A stretch of DNA of 64,000 nucleotides from Microthyrium microscopicum. Lineage: Eukaryota. Position 1 is the first letter of the stretch, and every line of letters begins with the position of its first letter. The stretch lies in assembly GCA_010405405.1 (NCBI GenBank), contig MU004242.1:159751-223750 (forward strand), written 5' to 3'. The position numbers were made by a program, and so were the translations under genes. Shown here one piece after another: positions 1-12,283 of the stretch. The notes beneath the pieces were generated by a model. That model searched no databases and had not been told where the DNA came from. It saw only the letters and a list, made by a program, of their open reading frames with translations.

Positions 1-414
1 TCGATGGGGAAGAAGATGACCAAAGTTATAATAGTGAAGCCCTCTGCCGTCCGTTCAAGAGGCAGAAGATTGGAGGTATTGATATGAACGTACTCGACTG
101 GATCTTAGGTGGTGAAATGAAATCATGAACATTAACCCGCCTGGTCGCAAATAACTGAGTATTCGAGATATTATGCACATGCCAAAGTGTTTCTTTCTTT
201 GGTAATGAATCCGAATTTTTCACAAGTGTACCGCTATAACTTACCATCTTCGTGAAGGGTGAGCATCAAGGTCATCCTTCTCTTGTCTATCCTAACTACA
301 TCACGTATTGTTAATATTTCATATCCAAAGAGCAAGTCAAACATGGCTAGTAATGTACATCTTTCAACTGACTCACATTCTATAAGTATAAACTGACCAT
401 TGCTCAACTTTTAG

Positions 415-908
415 GCTTTTCCTGAGAAATTCAGCGATCTCTTCAATGAAGACGCTTTCTACGAGGCACTACGACAGAGCCGAATCATCAACGGCACTGG
501 GCAGTCATTTATACAACGGATAGAGAAGTGTCTAGCAGATATTCAGGCAGGAATGTACGTAGCATTGCTCCCCTACATCCATCATTTCTCGTCTTGTACC
601 TATCTATAATTCCCTGGCTCACTCTTCGCAGAATACTCAAGCGTTGGGAACAAGCTAGCCAATCCGCAGACAATCTGATCAACGAAGCGCAGGCAATTGG
701 AGCACGATTACTGATGATAGCTGCAATAGATATCAGATTGTACGCATCTATGGCTCGTGAGGTCCAAAATGTCAAGAAACATATGGATGAACGGCTTGGA
801 AATCTGGTTTGCATTGAAATGCAGGAAAGGGTCGAATCTGTGAGTTCAGATGCGATAGATATCTTTCAAAACTCGAGGACCGTGCTGGTAAATATGGGAT
901 TTCTGTAG
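415..908 (+). CDS. 3' exons of a hypothetical protein; 5' part unresolved
   Basis: Exon 415-554 (AFPEKFSDLFNEDAFYEALRQ...QAG) follows CTGAC..TTTAG. Intron 555-631 (GTACGT..CAG) joins it in phase to exon 632-908 (ILKRWEQ...NMGFL*). No recognisable domain. Confidence 0.55.
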
Positions 909-1496
909 CAAACGAACGGAACTTGTTGCAAGATCGTGCTGATCAGAACAACCACTCAAAAGTCAAATAGCTGCAATGGATTCAATCTCCGAATATCTAC
1001 ACAATGATGTACAATTCCCATCACAAAGTTCATCCATCCAAGCTTCCACCACACCGATCCAACAACAACCACTCGGAAATTTCACCCTTGCACCACAACT
1101 CCACCACCATCTCGCAGCCCTGCAACCATCCCTTTGGATCCTTCCAGAACGCCCAAAAGAATATTTTTCCAAATATTTTTCCAAAGGTGCGTTTTTAACT
1201 TTTTACCCAGACAGTACAAGTAAGGTACCGTCGCGGAAGCGGGACAGACTTTCCGCTGTCTCACTATTGGCTCGCGGAAGTTTTGACAGTGGTTCCGGCA
1301 AGCCACGCTCCGGGACCGCGGGTTTGTGTTACGCTTGTTGGTTGGGGGCGTTTTGGCGATTCGGAAGGGTAAGAATCAAAATTTAAAGATTCAGACTTAA
1401 GAGTTCATGATATTGCCTGAAAGTAAGCAAAGCAACGGTCTGTCTTCAACCTCTGATACAAGATATGGAGTTGAAATTCACTGTAAAAGTGTTTGC

Positions 1497-1815
1497 GTGG
1501 GGTATCTACAAGTTCAGATTATGAAGACCAGAAGTTAAGCAATGCAAGGCTAACCGATCAAGCTTGGGGAAACTTGAAAGCAAGGCAAAGCTCTCCCCAG
1601 ACTCCAGAGTTTCCAAGATCAGCCACGAACCCCAGCAGAGTGGACACCAAAGGGGCTTTTTTTGCCTGCTTTTCCCCCAGAAAGAATCGAGACAAACCTG
1701 GCTTGCTTTCTGCCGTGTCACCCCACGCAATGAAATACAACGGTAGAGAATGTCGAGATTGTCCAAGCGTGGGGAATTTTGATGCGTTTGATGCAAGGTG
1801 GATGGAGGTGTGGAG
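1497..1815. promoter_or_regulatory. Cluster of CreA/Mig1-type SYGGRG sites
   Basis: Eight matches on either strand: 1497, 1595, 1602, 1630, 1675, 1721, 1769, 1810. Further matches at 2611, 2621, 3012, 3023, 3033 and 3411, several with an A/T-rich 5' flank. Confidence 0.5.
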
Positions 1816-3297
1816 TGCATAAGTTGGGTTTGACTTTTGGGATGGAAAGTTAATCTATGACTGCTTGCAGCTTATCCAGCTCACGAGCTTGTCTCTTTTC
1901 TCATTGTTGATGCAAACTGCTGCGAGTCGTAGATCTTGTAGTTGTTTCGCAATGTTCTATTGACTCGTTGGCGCGTTGTTGATTCAGAGTGCGACGCTGA
2001 GTGGTGAGACAATGGGTTTGTTACATAACAGTCAAATTTTAAAGTATCAAGGAGATCTGGCTTGTGAGCTGTCGTTGTGGATCTCCTTAAACCTCCTTGC
2101 AATCCATGTTTATGTGTGGTACGAAATCGATCATACATCAGTGACAGGTCGTAACGCCATCAACCCAGGCGTTGCGCAAACCATGTACAAACGATGCTAT
2201 TTCGTCCACGTATAGCAGACGACATTGAAAACCGTAGGCTGTTGCACAAGCGAAGTTTAATTGACCTAATATTTTCTAACCCGCTATTCTTCGGATCTGT
2301 CGCTGGTCTCCGTTATAATCAGCCGGGTTCATGTTGACTAGGACCGGGCCATTTGATAGAACATGATGTCTGCCAAACTTGACCAGTCGGACGTAGAGGA
2401 AGCTGGTAGAGACTGGCAGGGCCGCATCTTTCCCCTCCCGTGCGGCGTTGGCGTTCTTTACCAGAAAGCAACGCCAAAAAGGGTAGCTTTGGCTGCAAGG
2501 AGCGTGGGATGATGCGAGCAAGCCTCAAGCTCACAGCTCAGCAGTGGAAATCAATCTCGTTTGTTTGGCTGATTTTCTGAGTAGTAGCATTTGGGGGTCT
2601 GTGAGGCAACCTGGGGACATCTGGAGCGTTGAGAAAAATACAGGAATTGGAACATTAGACGAGCCAATTAGAACGCGAAGAAGGGCATTCAAACGCATGC
2701 AGCAAGGCTGCGGCAGCGCGGAAGAACAATCGATGGCTCAAATGGCTCAAATATGGCTGAATAGATTTGCATGGATTACGATGGTACCTCTACATTTCTG
2801 GTTGCAAGATTCATGGATGATGGATGATGATGGAAATGTTAATGTCGGTGAGCCGGCCCGCTGCTTCTTTCAACCATTATTCTCTCGCTTTTTCTTGCTG
2901 ACGAGTCAATAATTCGCTATCTCACCCTTCAAACGTGTACTTGCTTTCTCCAAGGGTTCCTATCCCAATCTTTTCTGTTTGTTTCTCCCGTGCTTTTAAA
3001 GACCAGGCCATCCCCACAGTTTCTCCAGTTTCCCCCAGATTTCTTGATTCTGATAAAGACCTTAATTTCCAGTCACTGCAACTCTATCCGTTTCCTCTTG
3101 ACCTTGGCAATTTACAATTACTTGTAATACTCTTGCCATTGCCACTTCTATACCATTCGAGTTTCCAATACATACCAACTTGCCACAAACTAATTCCAAA
3201 GAACCATATCTGACCCTGCAACCAACTTCGGTGTTTGTTCTAAAGACAGCAACTTTGCGACCAGATCAAACAAAGTACCATCTAAAATATTGAATTG

Positions 3298-3500
3298 GTA
3301 TGTCTATGCTTTCTCCATAGGTACCTATCCTCGTCCCTGATCGACGACACCCAACCCCAGAGCTATCCATGCTGCCCTGTGTCGCTCCACGTAGCAGATT
3401 AAAGGAAAATCCGGGGAGCCTCGGCATCTCCATTGTTGCTTCGCTACCAACTTTTGGAACTTTTTTTTATTGAAACTAGGCTGACAGCTATCCCTTCTAG
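3298..3500 (+). other. Probable 5'-UTR intron of the small ORF at 4111
   Basis: GTATGT donor at 3298, GCTGAC branch point at about 3480, CTAG acceptor ending at 3500. It contains the only ATGs found between 2845 and 4110. Confidence 0.6.
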
Positions 3501-4110
3501 CACGGATTCCCGATCAATCGTGGAGCAAGTGACAACGCACAATCCAACCATTCAATCACAACCTATCGCCCCAATCTTCCGAAGGACAAACTCTACCAAG
3601 TTACGCCCAGTTCGGTCTGGAAATCTCGCTTGCCTCGGTGCTGGATCTCTCACTTTCCGCGGTCAACTTTTGTTTGTCTAAGCTTTAGATTTCGTATCTA
3701 TATCTTCTCGGACAACATTTCCCTAAACAAAAGCGCATTCGCTACCAAAGTTCTCTCACACTTTGGCTGTTTATTTTATACTCTTGGACCCAATTTCCGA
3801 AGCCAACTTCCGTTGCCACGGCCCACTTTTGACAATCATACAATTTGCATTAGCAATTGCGAACCACGTATAGCTCTTGCTCGCCCTGTTTGGTCGCCTG
3901 CTGCTTGCCAGCTGTGCAAGTCGCCCTGCTCCTATAAGACACACCAATCTCTTCCGAAACCCACCGAGAGCCTTGCCTTCCTCAGTCTGCTACTCACCAA
4001 TACTGTTCAATCGCAAATCAACCTCAAGTCTATCAATCACTTCTCTCAACTCAAACAACAACCACTCACCACCACCAGCACACCAGCACACCACACAAAA
4101 CACAACAACA

Positions 4111-4359
4111 ATGTCTTCATCAACAACCTCTCAAATCTCCCACTCACTCCCCCGGGATCTAACACCAGCCTTCAAATCCCTCTCCATCCGCACCACAAAC
4201 CTCAACATCGCACCCACACCCGCGCCACCACCCTCGCCCGTCGAATGGTCAGCCGCCAGCTCATCCGCGCATTCCTTCGACATGAGCAGTCTGGCAGCAA
4301 TGGCTGACAACGAGGATGAATGGCGACGGAATCGCGAACAAGTTGGCGTCGGCGCATAA
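4111..4359 (+). CDS. Small 82-aa Ser/Pro-rich hypothetical protein
   Basis: Good fungal start context (CAACAACAATGTCT) after a CA-rich leader, C-ending codon bias. Sequence MSSSTTSQISHSLPRDLTPAFKSLSIRTTNLNIAPTPAPPPSPVEW...QVGVGA*. Confidence 0.6.
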   Translation: MSSSTTSQISHSLPRDLTPAFKSLSIRTTNLNIAPTPAPPPSPVEWSAASSSAHSFDMSSLAAMADNEDEWRRNREQVGVGA

Positions 4360-5249
4360 AGCGAGTTGATAAACGAGCTTCCCAAACCACTACCAACAAC
4401 TTGTTCGATCATTGAGCCAATTCCTTCTTTTGCGAGATATCCAATCTTCTGCTTTTTCCACATTGGCATCGGTACTACTTTTTTATTTTTGCACAGCGAT
4501 ACTTGCATACAACCACAACCACAACCACCTCATCAACTCACACGACACACACTCAACACATCACCCTGGTTCCTTTTGTCCTTATAGAACTCTTCTTCTT
4601 TTTTCTTCATTTGCACAACTGCCAAAGGGAACCTCACGGCCCTTGGACGTGGTAGTGGTATTTGTTGTAATAAAGTCTTACCATACCATATTGGCGGTGA
4701 AGGCATGTCTTATCTGAATTGCGAAATATACCCGGTACTTGCTTGCTTGATTGTTTTGCGAAACTTTTGTTGCTGGACGACAGTGATGGTGACTGGAGGA
4801 CTCTGGTGGATTAGTAATTCAACCATATTTGGTATATTCATTGATTTGTTCTGGTGAAGACGTGAAATAATTTAACGTATGACTGGTGACTTTGAAAACG
4901 ATCTCGATCTGATAAGGTGTTTGAAAGTCTGGGGCTGGATATGCCTGTCTTGAGAGTCAGGGTTTGGCTTGTGCATCAGCTGTCATGGCGTAATATGAAT
5001 AAGATGGACATAATTTGCGCTAGATCAAACGTCACAAAGAGAGAAATAGAGACAACCAGATATAGTAAGTTTCGCAGACCTCAAGCCGAGGTCCACTTCA
5101 TGTTCCATTCAATGCTTCTTTTTCTACTGCCCTTCTCTACCATGCAGAGCAAGCAAGGCGCAATAACTCGTACAATCGACAGTAGCCCCACAAGTCCCCT
5201 AAAGACGCCGAAAGCCCTCCGTAATACAGATGATGCTCGGGATGTCCAT

Positions 5250-6336
5250 TTAGACCTTGAAACCCTTGGACCGTCTGCGACCACGAGCCTTCTCGAACTT
5301 GCGACCCTTGCTGGCGACCTTTGGCTTCTTGTGGGAGTGAGGTCCGAAGCCGAAATGCTTGAAGGCTTCACGGGCGTTCTTTGGTCCACGGAGAAGGATG
5401 GTGTTGGCACCAGTTGGGGAGCGCTATCATGAGTTAGTACATTCAATGCAAATATGGATAGCTAGGCATACAAGAGCGAGCTCATCGAGAGTCAAGACTT
5501 CGCCGCCGGCCTTGAGGATACGGGCACGAGCGGTACGGGTGAAGCGGAGAGCAGCGATGCTGAGCTTGGGGATCTCAAGGTTGCTATGTGACAGTCAGTA
5601 TTTGTTTCCATCGATAACATTGGAGTGAAGACATACCGGACGTCATCAGTGACAGTTCCAACAACGACAATGGTCTTGCCGGTCTGCTTCTCACCCTTGG
5701 CGGGAGAGGCAACCTTTTGGATGCGCGAGATGGAGATGGGTGGGCCTATCAAAACACATGTAAGCTAAACTATCGCCCGACCAAGCGCACAGAGGCGCGG
5801 TGGACTCGCTTACGGTTGGTGCGAGACATGAAAAGTCGACGCAAGACAACCCGGTTGAAGGATGAATCGGTACCTGGAGAAAGAAGTATGGTTAGCGATT
5901 GTAAGACATCGAAAGAGGATGGAGGACGTGGCGATGGCTTACGGCGCGCAAGGAAGCGGTAGAGCTTCACGAGAAGCTTGATGTAGACATTGTCGCTGAG
6001 CAAAAAGTTAGATGTACAATATTCTCGATGCGTGGTTTGATAGAACGTACGACTTTGGAGCCTTGCGATGAGAGCTCTTCACGTGGTGGTGGTCGATGCT
6101 AAAAGTTCGATTAGTACAATGCTGTGAGTGTATCTTGCCGGCTTAGAATGAAGTTCTGCTGGTAAATTGCATCGCCTGTGCCAATTGCCTCCACGTCTGG
6201 TTGCGTTGTCTCCGCATTGAATGTGAGAGGGACCTTTCAGCGATCGCAGGCAGACATCGGGCAAGGCGATACAAAGTGGCAGCATGAACTGACATTCCTA
6301 GGCAGAAGATATAGAGTGTACGTACTCGATACCCAT
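5250..6336 (-). CDS. RPL18: 60S ribosomal protein L18 (eL18), multi-exon
   Basis: Spliced translation [62 protein letters not shown]...[19 protein letters not shown] is a typical eL18. Confidence 0.97.
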
Positions 6337-6991
6337 GGCGACGGTGTTGGGACGACTAAGCGGGTTGGTGGTTGAAGAGGTGAAGTTGAAGTGGGAGAGA
6401 TTTTCGAAGATGGATTTTGGAGTGGAGGATTGTGGGAGGCACTAGTCCCAAAATGTAGACTTTAGCCGACCTCTGAACAACCGCGCGCTTTTCTGATTTG
6501 ACTGCTATCACCAGTTTATCACCATATAAGGTAGAATTAAGGATGAAGTAGTTTCTCATACCACGTCATGATTCAATTCATGCATTGAGAACAGCTATCT
6601 GGCTGGCGCGACAGCAGTAAATATAAAATACACGGAAAATATCTATCCCAAATGCTCCAAGTCCATAACAGCAAATCTATTTGATGCGTTTTGTAAAAAG
6701 AAGAAGCTTCTCTTACCCCTTTTGACAAATGCCTTCCCAGACCACTAGTAATAAGTATAATGAGAATACAAGATGAAATACATTGCAAAAATGCGAGCAA
6801 ATAGGAGGAGCATTGGCCTAGTCCAGGATATCATTTAGTCTATATGTCTTGGTAATCGGGAGGGCACTGAGAAACAATAAGTTAGCAAGGAATGCCAGGG
6901 GGTTTGGTGATAGAAACGATCATGATATTGACGCAATTGCTCTTTTTCCAGGGGGTATTTTTCAATGGGTTAAGAATGTTGAACTCGCTTG

Positions 6992-8220
6992 CTAGAGCGG
7001 ATCAGGATTGAGACTGACAAAAAAGTCCCGAGCCATTTCGAAGCTTAGCCAGTTGGCTGCCATGCTTGGTGCCACTTTGAGGAGATTGGGCGTCAACCCT
7101 TTGTAGAAGCCTTTTATTCCTTCTTGTTTGGCGATTTGTGATATGGCACCCCATACTGATTTGTATTGGTAGCCCATGCCAGGCATTGTGTTGACCTGGA
7201 ACCGTCTTCGTAACACGTCGCTGAGAATAAGAATTAGCTTTCTTCCCTCCATGATAAGAATCTTGACTTACAGTGGGTATGTGCAAGTTTGAGCAAGGGC
7301 ACCAGATAGAGCTCCGGATACCAATTTTGCCATAGAGCCTGGATCTGTTTGACCTTCTGGGGTCAGGTACGTCCTTATTCCTTCGTAAATCATGAAGTTC
7401 AAGCCGACCTTTTCATGTTAGGAGGAGAAACTGGGTAGACCTGCAGCATGCTTACATATGGCGCAACGCCTGCTATAGTGGGTACTATTCCTCTGTAAAG
7501 TGCGCTCCATCCACCTTCCGTCTTGTACATCGTAATCAGAAGCTCAAACATGCCCGGTAGCTTTTTGCGAGTCTTATTTTCCGCGAGTTCTGCAAAGGAG
7601 GCCGATTGAATTGATAATCTCGTCCGAACAATGTCCAGGGGATATGTAAAGGTTACGGAGGTAATACCTGCGAGGCCACCACAGATCAATCGTTGTCCGG
7701 AGTCCAGTGGTGCGCCAGGCGTCGATGCAAAGTACTGTAATCTCATTAGCCTACTCATCCTTTCTTTCAATACGTCCACATACTGGCTTGTATAGGTTGT
7801 ATGCGCCAAACTGCACGGCCGAGTACGGCACTATCCGTATGCAATTTGTACCGTTGCCTGCCATGAAACCTCTCCAACCTTCTTCTTTCCACATTTTTGC
7901 CAATGCCTTTCCGATGGACATCTTATATGCATCGCGACCAACATTTTGTACTTGGAAAAGAATTTTTAAGCGCTCGAGTGGTGAGACGACAGTTCGAGAC
8001 ACAGCCCCTGCTATTCCACCAGCCATGAATGACGCGACCACTGGTTGCGCTGTGTACTGGCGCATTTTGACGAATCGTCGTGAAGGGGGTTCTTTGTCGT
8101 CCATGAGTGCAGGCGGAGGGATCTGTCAAAAGTAAGCTTCAAATGCCAAGTGCAGCTCCTGCTGAGCTTGAAGTTAGAACTTTGACATACCTGCGCTGTT
8201 TTACTAAGTTCTGAAGACAT
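6992..8220 (-). CDS. Mitochondrial carrier family protein (SLC25A42/YPR011C-like), multi-exon
   Basis: Carrier signature repeats SPLERLKILFQ, YPLDIVRTRLS and (TYP)..DVLRRRFQ; also GNGTNCIRIVPYSAVQF and FYKGLTPNLLKVAPSMA. Confidence 0.93.
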
Positions 8221-9259
8221 TTTCTCCCGAAATGAAGAGGTTTGTGTTCGACTGGCTACTGACGCCAGGCTGGAAAGTAATCGAGATTTTGGCCGAGGTT
8301 TCGTAGGAAGTGGGAGAAGCTGTCTCGGCGCAAGATTCGAGTATTATGGACGGCCGAAGCCTGATTGAAGGTTTATCGGTGAGGAAGTATAGCTGTAGGT
8401 GCTCGCATATCTCTTTGGAAAGATGTATGAAGTTGTGGTTGTCTGGACGGGCGGAGGTGTATAGGGGTCAATGGCGAGCTGGGGCAAGCCATTCACAAGC
8501 TAGACTCATTCGCGATCAACAAAGGGTCGAAATAAGGTGTATTAGGTGGTGTATAACAATGGCGCGGACCGGTAGAATGGATTGTAGTAGTATCGGACGA
8601 TGGGGGGTGTGAAGAGCGGAAGCAGGATCCAGATCTGCAAAGCTGCAGGTGTCGGCTCCAGGGTACGTACTTGGCTAGTCGCAGGAGGTTTTAGAAGCTG
8701 AAGCAACGCGCGCTAGGAAAGATGAATAGGTAGAGTAGCAAGACTAGAGAAAATCAAGAGGTTGTCTTTGTTGCCTTGATATCGAGATATATTGAAAAGA
8801 TTGGGCGGAAAGAAGTGATGCTGAACTGGGCAGGTGCGACTGGGCGTAAAGAGTCGTTACTTCTCTTGGACGCGCTCGGCAAAATTTGCTTGACTCTTCT
8901 TTTTTAACAATCCCTACGAGTCTGCCAATCCTCTGTCGATACTCTCACCGACTCGCCGACTCTATCCATTCAGCCGCCCTATTATTTCTAGTATCTTACC
9001 CCGGATTTGCTCTCGTATTTCAACACTACCATGCTTACCATCATCCACGTCCCCATTGGTTCATGAAACATATCAAAACATCAAGTTACAGGTACCTCGT
9101 AGTGCGACTGATCATATGCCATATTATACTCTACTATATTTCATAAACGTTTCCTTCATAACATTCACACATTACTTCTATTTTCCTTCTTCTCAGTAAT
9201 TACTAAACAATGGGGTATCTTAACATGACAAAAAACCACACCCAACGCCCAACATAATC

Positions 9260-9960
9260 CTAACACGCTTCAAAGCACGCACAACAAGCCAAACAACACT
9301 CTAGACAGGCCCCACAGTCTGCCATCTGTCCACACGCCTCACAGCACGATCCACATCCTTCACCAATACCTGCGCAACACTGATTGCAACACTCGCCATA
9401 ATCTCCCCAGCCGCCAAACGAGCCGCTCCACCACATGAGCGACCAGCCGTCGCAGCAGGTCCAGCTGGATGGGCCGTACCAGTTGGAGCGACCGCGGTAT
9501 TTTGGCGGTGGATCTTCTTGGTTTCTTTGCTGTTCATGTTCTTGCTGTTCTCTGCATGGATATTAGTATTGGATATTTCGTAGACGAGTAAGTTTGCTTG
9601 TGGTACGTACCTTTCTTCGGCGCTGAGGAGCTCGATGCCACTAGCATCGTCGCCATACACCGGCCGTGAATCTCCAGGTACATCTTTCTCCAGCGGTTGT
9701 TTTTCTTGCTTGTTATCATTGAAATTGCTTGACGAGTAATATCGTGGTGAGTTTGACACTTTGCTGGGAATCACATCGACGGGTAGGTGGTCGTCGTCGT
9801 CGATGGACATGCGTTCGTTGTTGGAATATTGCTGAGCATTCAATCGTGGACTGGGACTGGCATATGTTGGCGCAGGTAATATTATCCCTTCTTGATTATT
9901 TTTCTTCGGTTTGTCGACTTCTTCTGGCGCGTCCGGTTCGAAAGAGAATTGTCGCTCCAT
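9260..9960 (-). CDS. Protein with disordered N-terminus and Cys-rich C-terminal tail (CYSTM-like)
   Basis: Intron 9552-9610 (GTACGT..CTAAT..CAG) shifts the frame into ...WTCCDGWSLMWWSGSFGGWGDYGECCNQCCAGIGEGCGSCCEACGQMADCGACLECCLACCACFEAC*. Confidence 0.75.
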
Positions 9961-10596
9961 TGTGGTTGTTGTGTTGTGGGAAGTTGCGATTCAGCTGTTG
10001 TCAGCTGGAGTTTTATTGTGGTTGAAGTTGGGCGGCACTGCTCCGTCCTTCCTTCACTGCTGACTGCACAATTGCCAACCACGCCGCCTGACCACGTTGC
10101 AGCTTGGCCTATCTCGATCCAACGCAGATGCAGATCTCAGGAATAATGTAAGAGGCAGTGATCGTGAAGACGGGTTGTGGTTGTTTTTAAGCCAGCGGCA
10201 TGGCCAGCATTTTGAGGCTGCAAGGCGCAGCGGCCTGGACCTTTGACGGATTTCAATTTTCAACTGAGCCTCAACTGGCGTGAGGCTGACTCGCGAATCA
10301 GCCATACTGATACTGAGTTCAGCGTTTGCTTTCAACGATAAAAGCACGCGCTGTAGCTATTTTAAGAGCATGGATCCATAATCTGGTGTACTGGTCACAA
10401 TGGGGCTGCAGTTCTCAACTGATCGGTGGGTCCGGTTCTGACTTGAGTCCTTGACCACGGTCCACAAAGCTTCATTCACTTTTCGAATCAGAAAGTACTA
10501 TACCATATCATCAAAGAGTACCAAAGAATCCTTCAAGACTATCCAAAATCCCCATCCAATCCTCATAGACTCCCATTCAATACATCCCGTCATAAC

Positions 10597-11316
10597 CTAC
10601 AAACTCAGCGCATAAGCACCAACCACAGTCCCCATAACCAACACCACACATCTCAACGCATTATACTGCTTCCACCTAATCGCCAACTCCTTCGTCGAGC
10701 AACTCTCCTCTAGCTTCTTCGTGCCCTTATCTGCCAGGCTATATCTGATCACATAGCTCTGTTTCTCCGAACCGCCGGCCAATTTGTCTGCTTTGATAGA
10801 GAGTGCGCCGTTGATGTAGCGGAGGGCTGTCCAGGCGAATGCTGTGCCGCAGCCGGTCATTAGGGTGGCGGCGATGAAGAGCTTTTGAACGAAGGAGGTT
10901 TTTGCTGTGGAGGATGTTAGTTGGGGATGGGAGTGGTAGGGATGAGAGGAACGGACCGGTGTAGGCGAGGTAGGACCAGCTGAGGATGTTGATGATTGTT
11001 GCTGGCATGGCGATCTATGGGTTTGTTAGTTTTGTGCACTAAAAGGTCGCGGTAGGCTGATGGATTGTTGGGTGGGAGACGTACTTGGAAGCCTTTCAAA
11101 AATTGTATTCGCCATTGTTTTGCCATGGTTGCTTCATCTGGCGCCATGAGGATGGCCGTCAGAGCTGCGTCTGATAGTGCCGATGCATATCCTGTCCAGA
11201 TAGTTAGACGTGGTTTTGTGAGCCTCAACTGCCTGGTGTGTCATTATACCGGCAAATATTCCTGAGCTCGAAATACTGGCCACTTTAGCCAATGAGGTGA
11301 GTGAAGGTAAAGCCAT
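10597..11316 (-). CDS. Small multi-pass membrane protein, DUF1772/anthrone-oxygenase-like, copy A
   Basis: MALPSLTSLAKVASISSSGIFAG / ...AKQWRIQFLKGFQ / ...INGALSIKA...ELAIRWKQYNALRCVVLVMGTVVGAYALSL. The terminal W...N..R motif is typical of DUF1772. Three introns. Confidence 0.7.
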
Positions 11317-12283
11317 GATGATAGCCTTATGGATAAACAACTATTCTGGAAAATATATCACTTGTAAATCTGAAGCTAACAAATTTGCTTATAGCTACAA
11401 TCAAGTGCAACCGGCATTTATAAGAACACGGCATAGCGCCCAAGAGCTGGCCCGATTACGCACCTAAACAGGCAATTGGGACATGATTTAGTTGCTGTGT
11501 TGGACGATTCGCAGCTCATCAAATGGACCAGTTGCAGAAGCATGATTTGAAATGGTTCGTTGGACGGCTCGGAGCTACCGAATCAACCAGTTATGTATAC
11601 GCAACTCTGGGCCCAATTAGGACCTGACTGTCAAAGTAGGTTCGAGACTCTCTACTGCGCAGGAGATGGCGAAGAGGAAAGGAAATAAGATGATATACAT
11701 TTGTCTGGTTTTAGTTCCTTGCTTTTGTACGATACGGCAATAAATTGTGGTAAGATATCGTACATCAGATTGGTAGCGATAGCTTATAGCAGCGTGATCT
11801 TCCACCCTCAGACATGTTGAAGCAGACATATGTTTCCACCCCAAGTACCTGAGAGGTGACAAACTATGCCCATATCGTTTTTATCTGATGTGGAATATGC
11901 TATATGCTAATTGACTTGCTACATATAGACCACACATAACTGTTATATTGCCTTTAGATCGCTCTGCTCGCTGTTGACTAGGTTCTCATGAGTTGCATTT
12001 CATGTGTTATACTTTACAGTGTCTCTCGACGGACAGAATAAGTGAGCCGTTTCGACGACTACTCCCACTGACTGCAATGGCTGCCATAACACTTCTTAAA
12101 GAGGGGCTGCTCTAATTACCATCATATTTGATAATCAGATTTAATGTAACTTTTACGACGCTGATAGGAATGAAAGCAATCACCCTTTAAGAAGTAATGA
12201 TAGCGTTTGAACTTTTCGCCTTCCATCAATGCTGGCTTCCGAGTAGGCTCTGACGCTGCTACGTGGTTGACTTTCCACGTTAT

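Noticed and set aside
3630..4307. 225-aa ORF overlapping the microprotein
   Set aside because: No ATG start and no recognisable protein features; the stop-poor C/A-rich composition explains its length.
11600..11660. GGTTCGAG B-box-like sequence suggesting a tRNA
   Set aside because: No cloverleaf or acceptor stem could be built. No tRNA or rRNA gene was recognised in the window.
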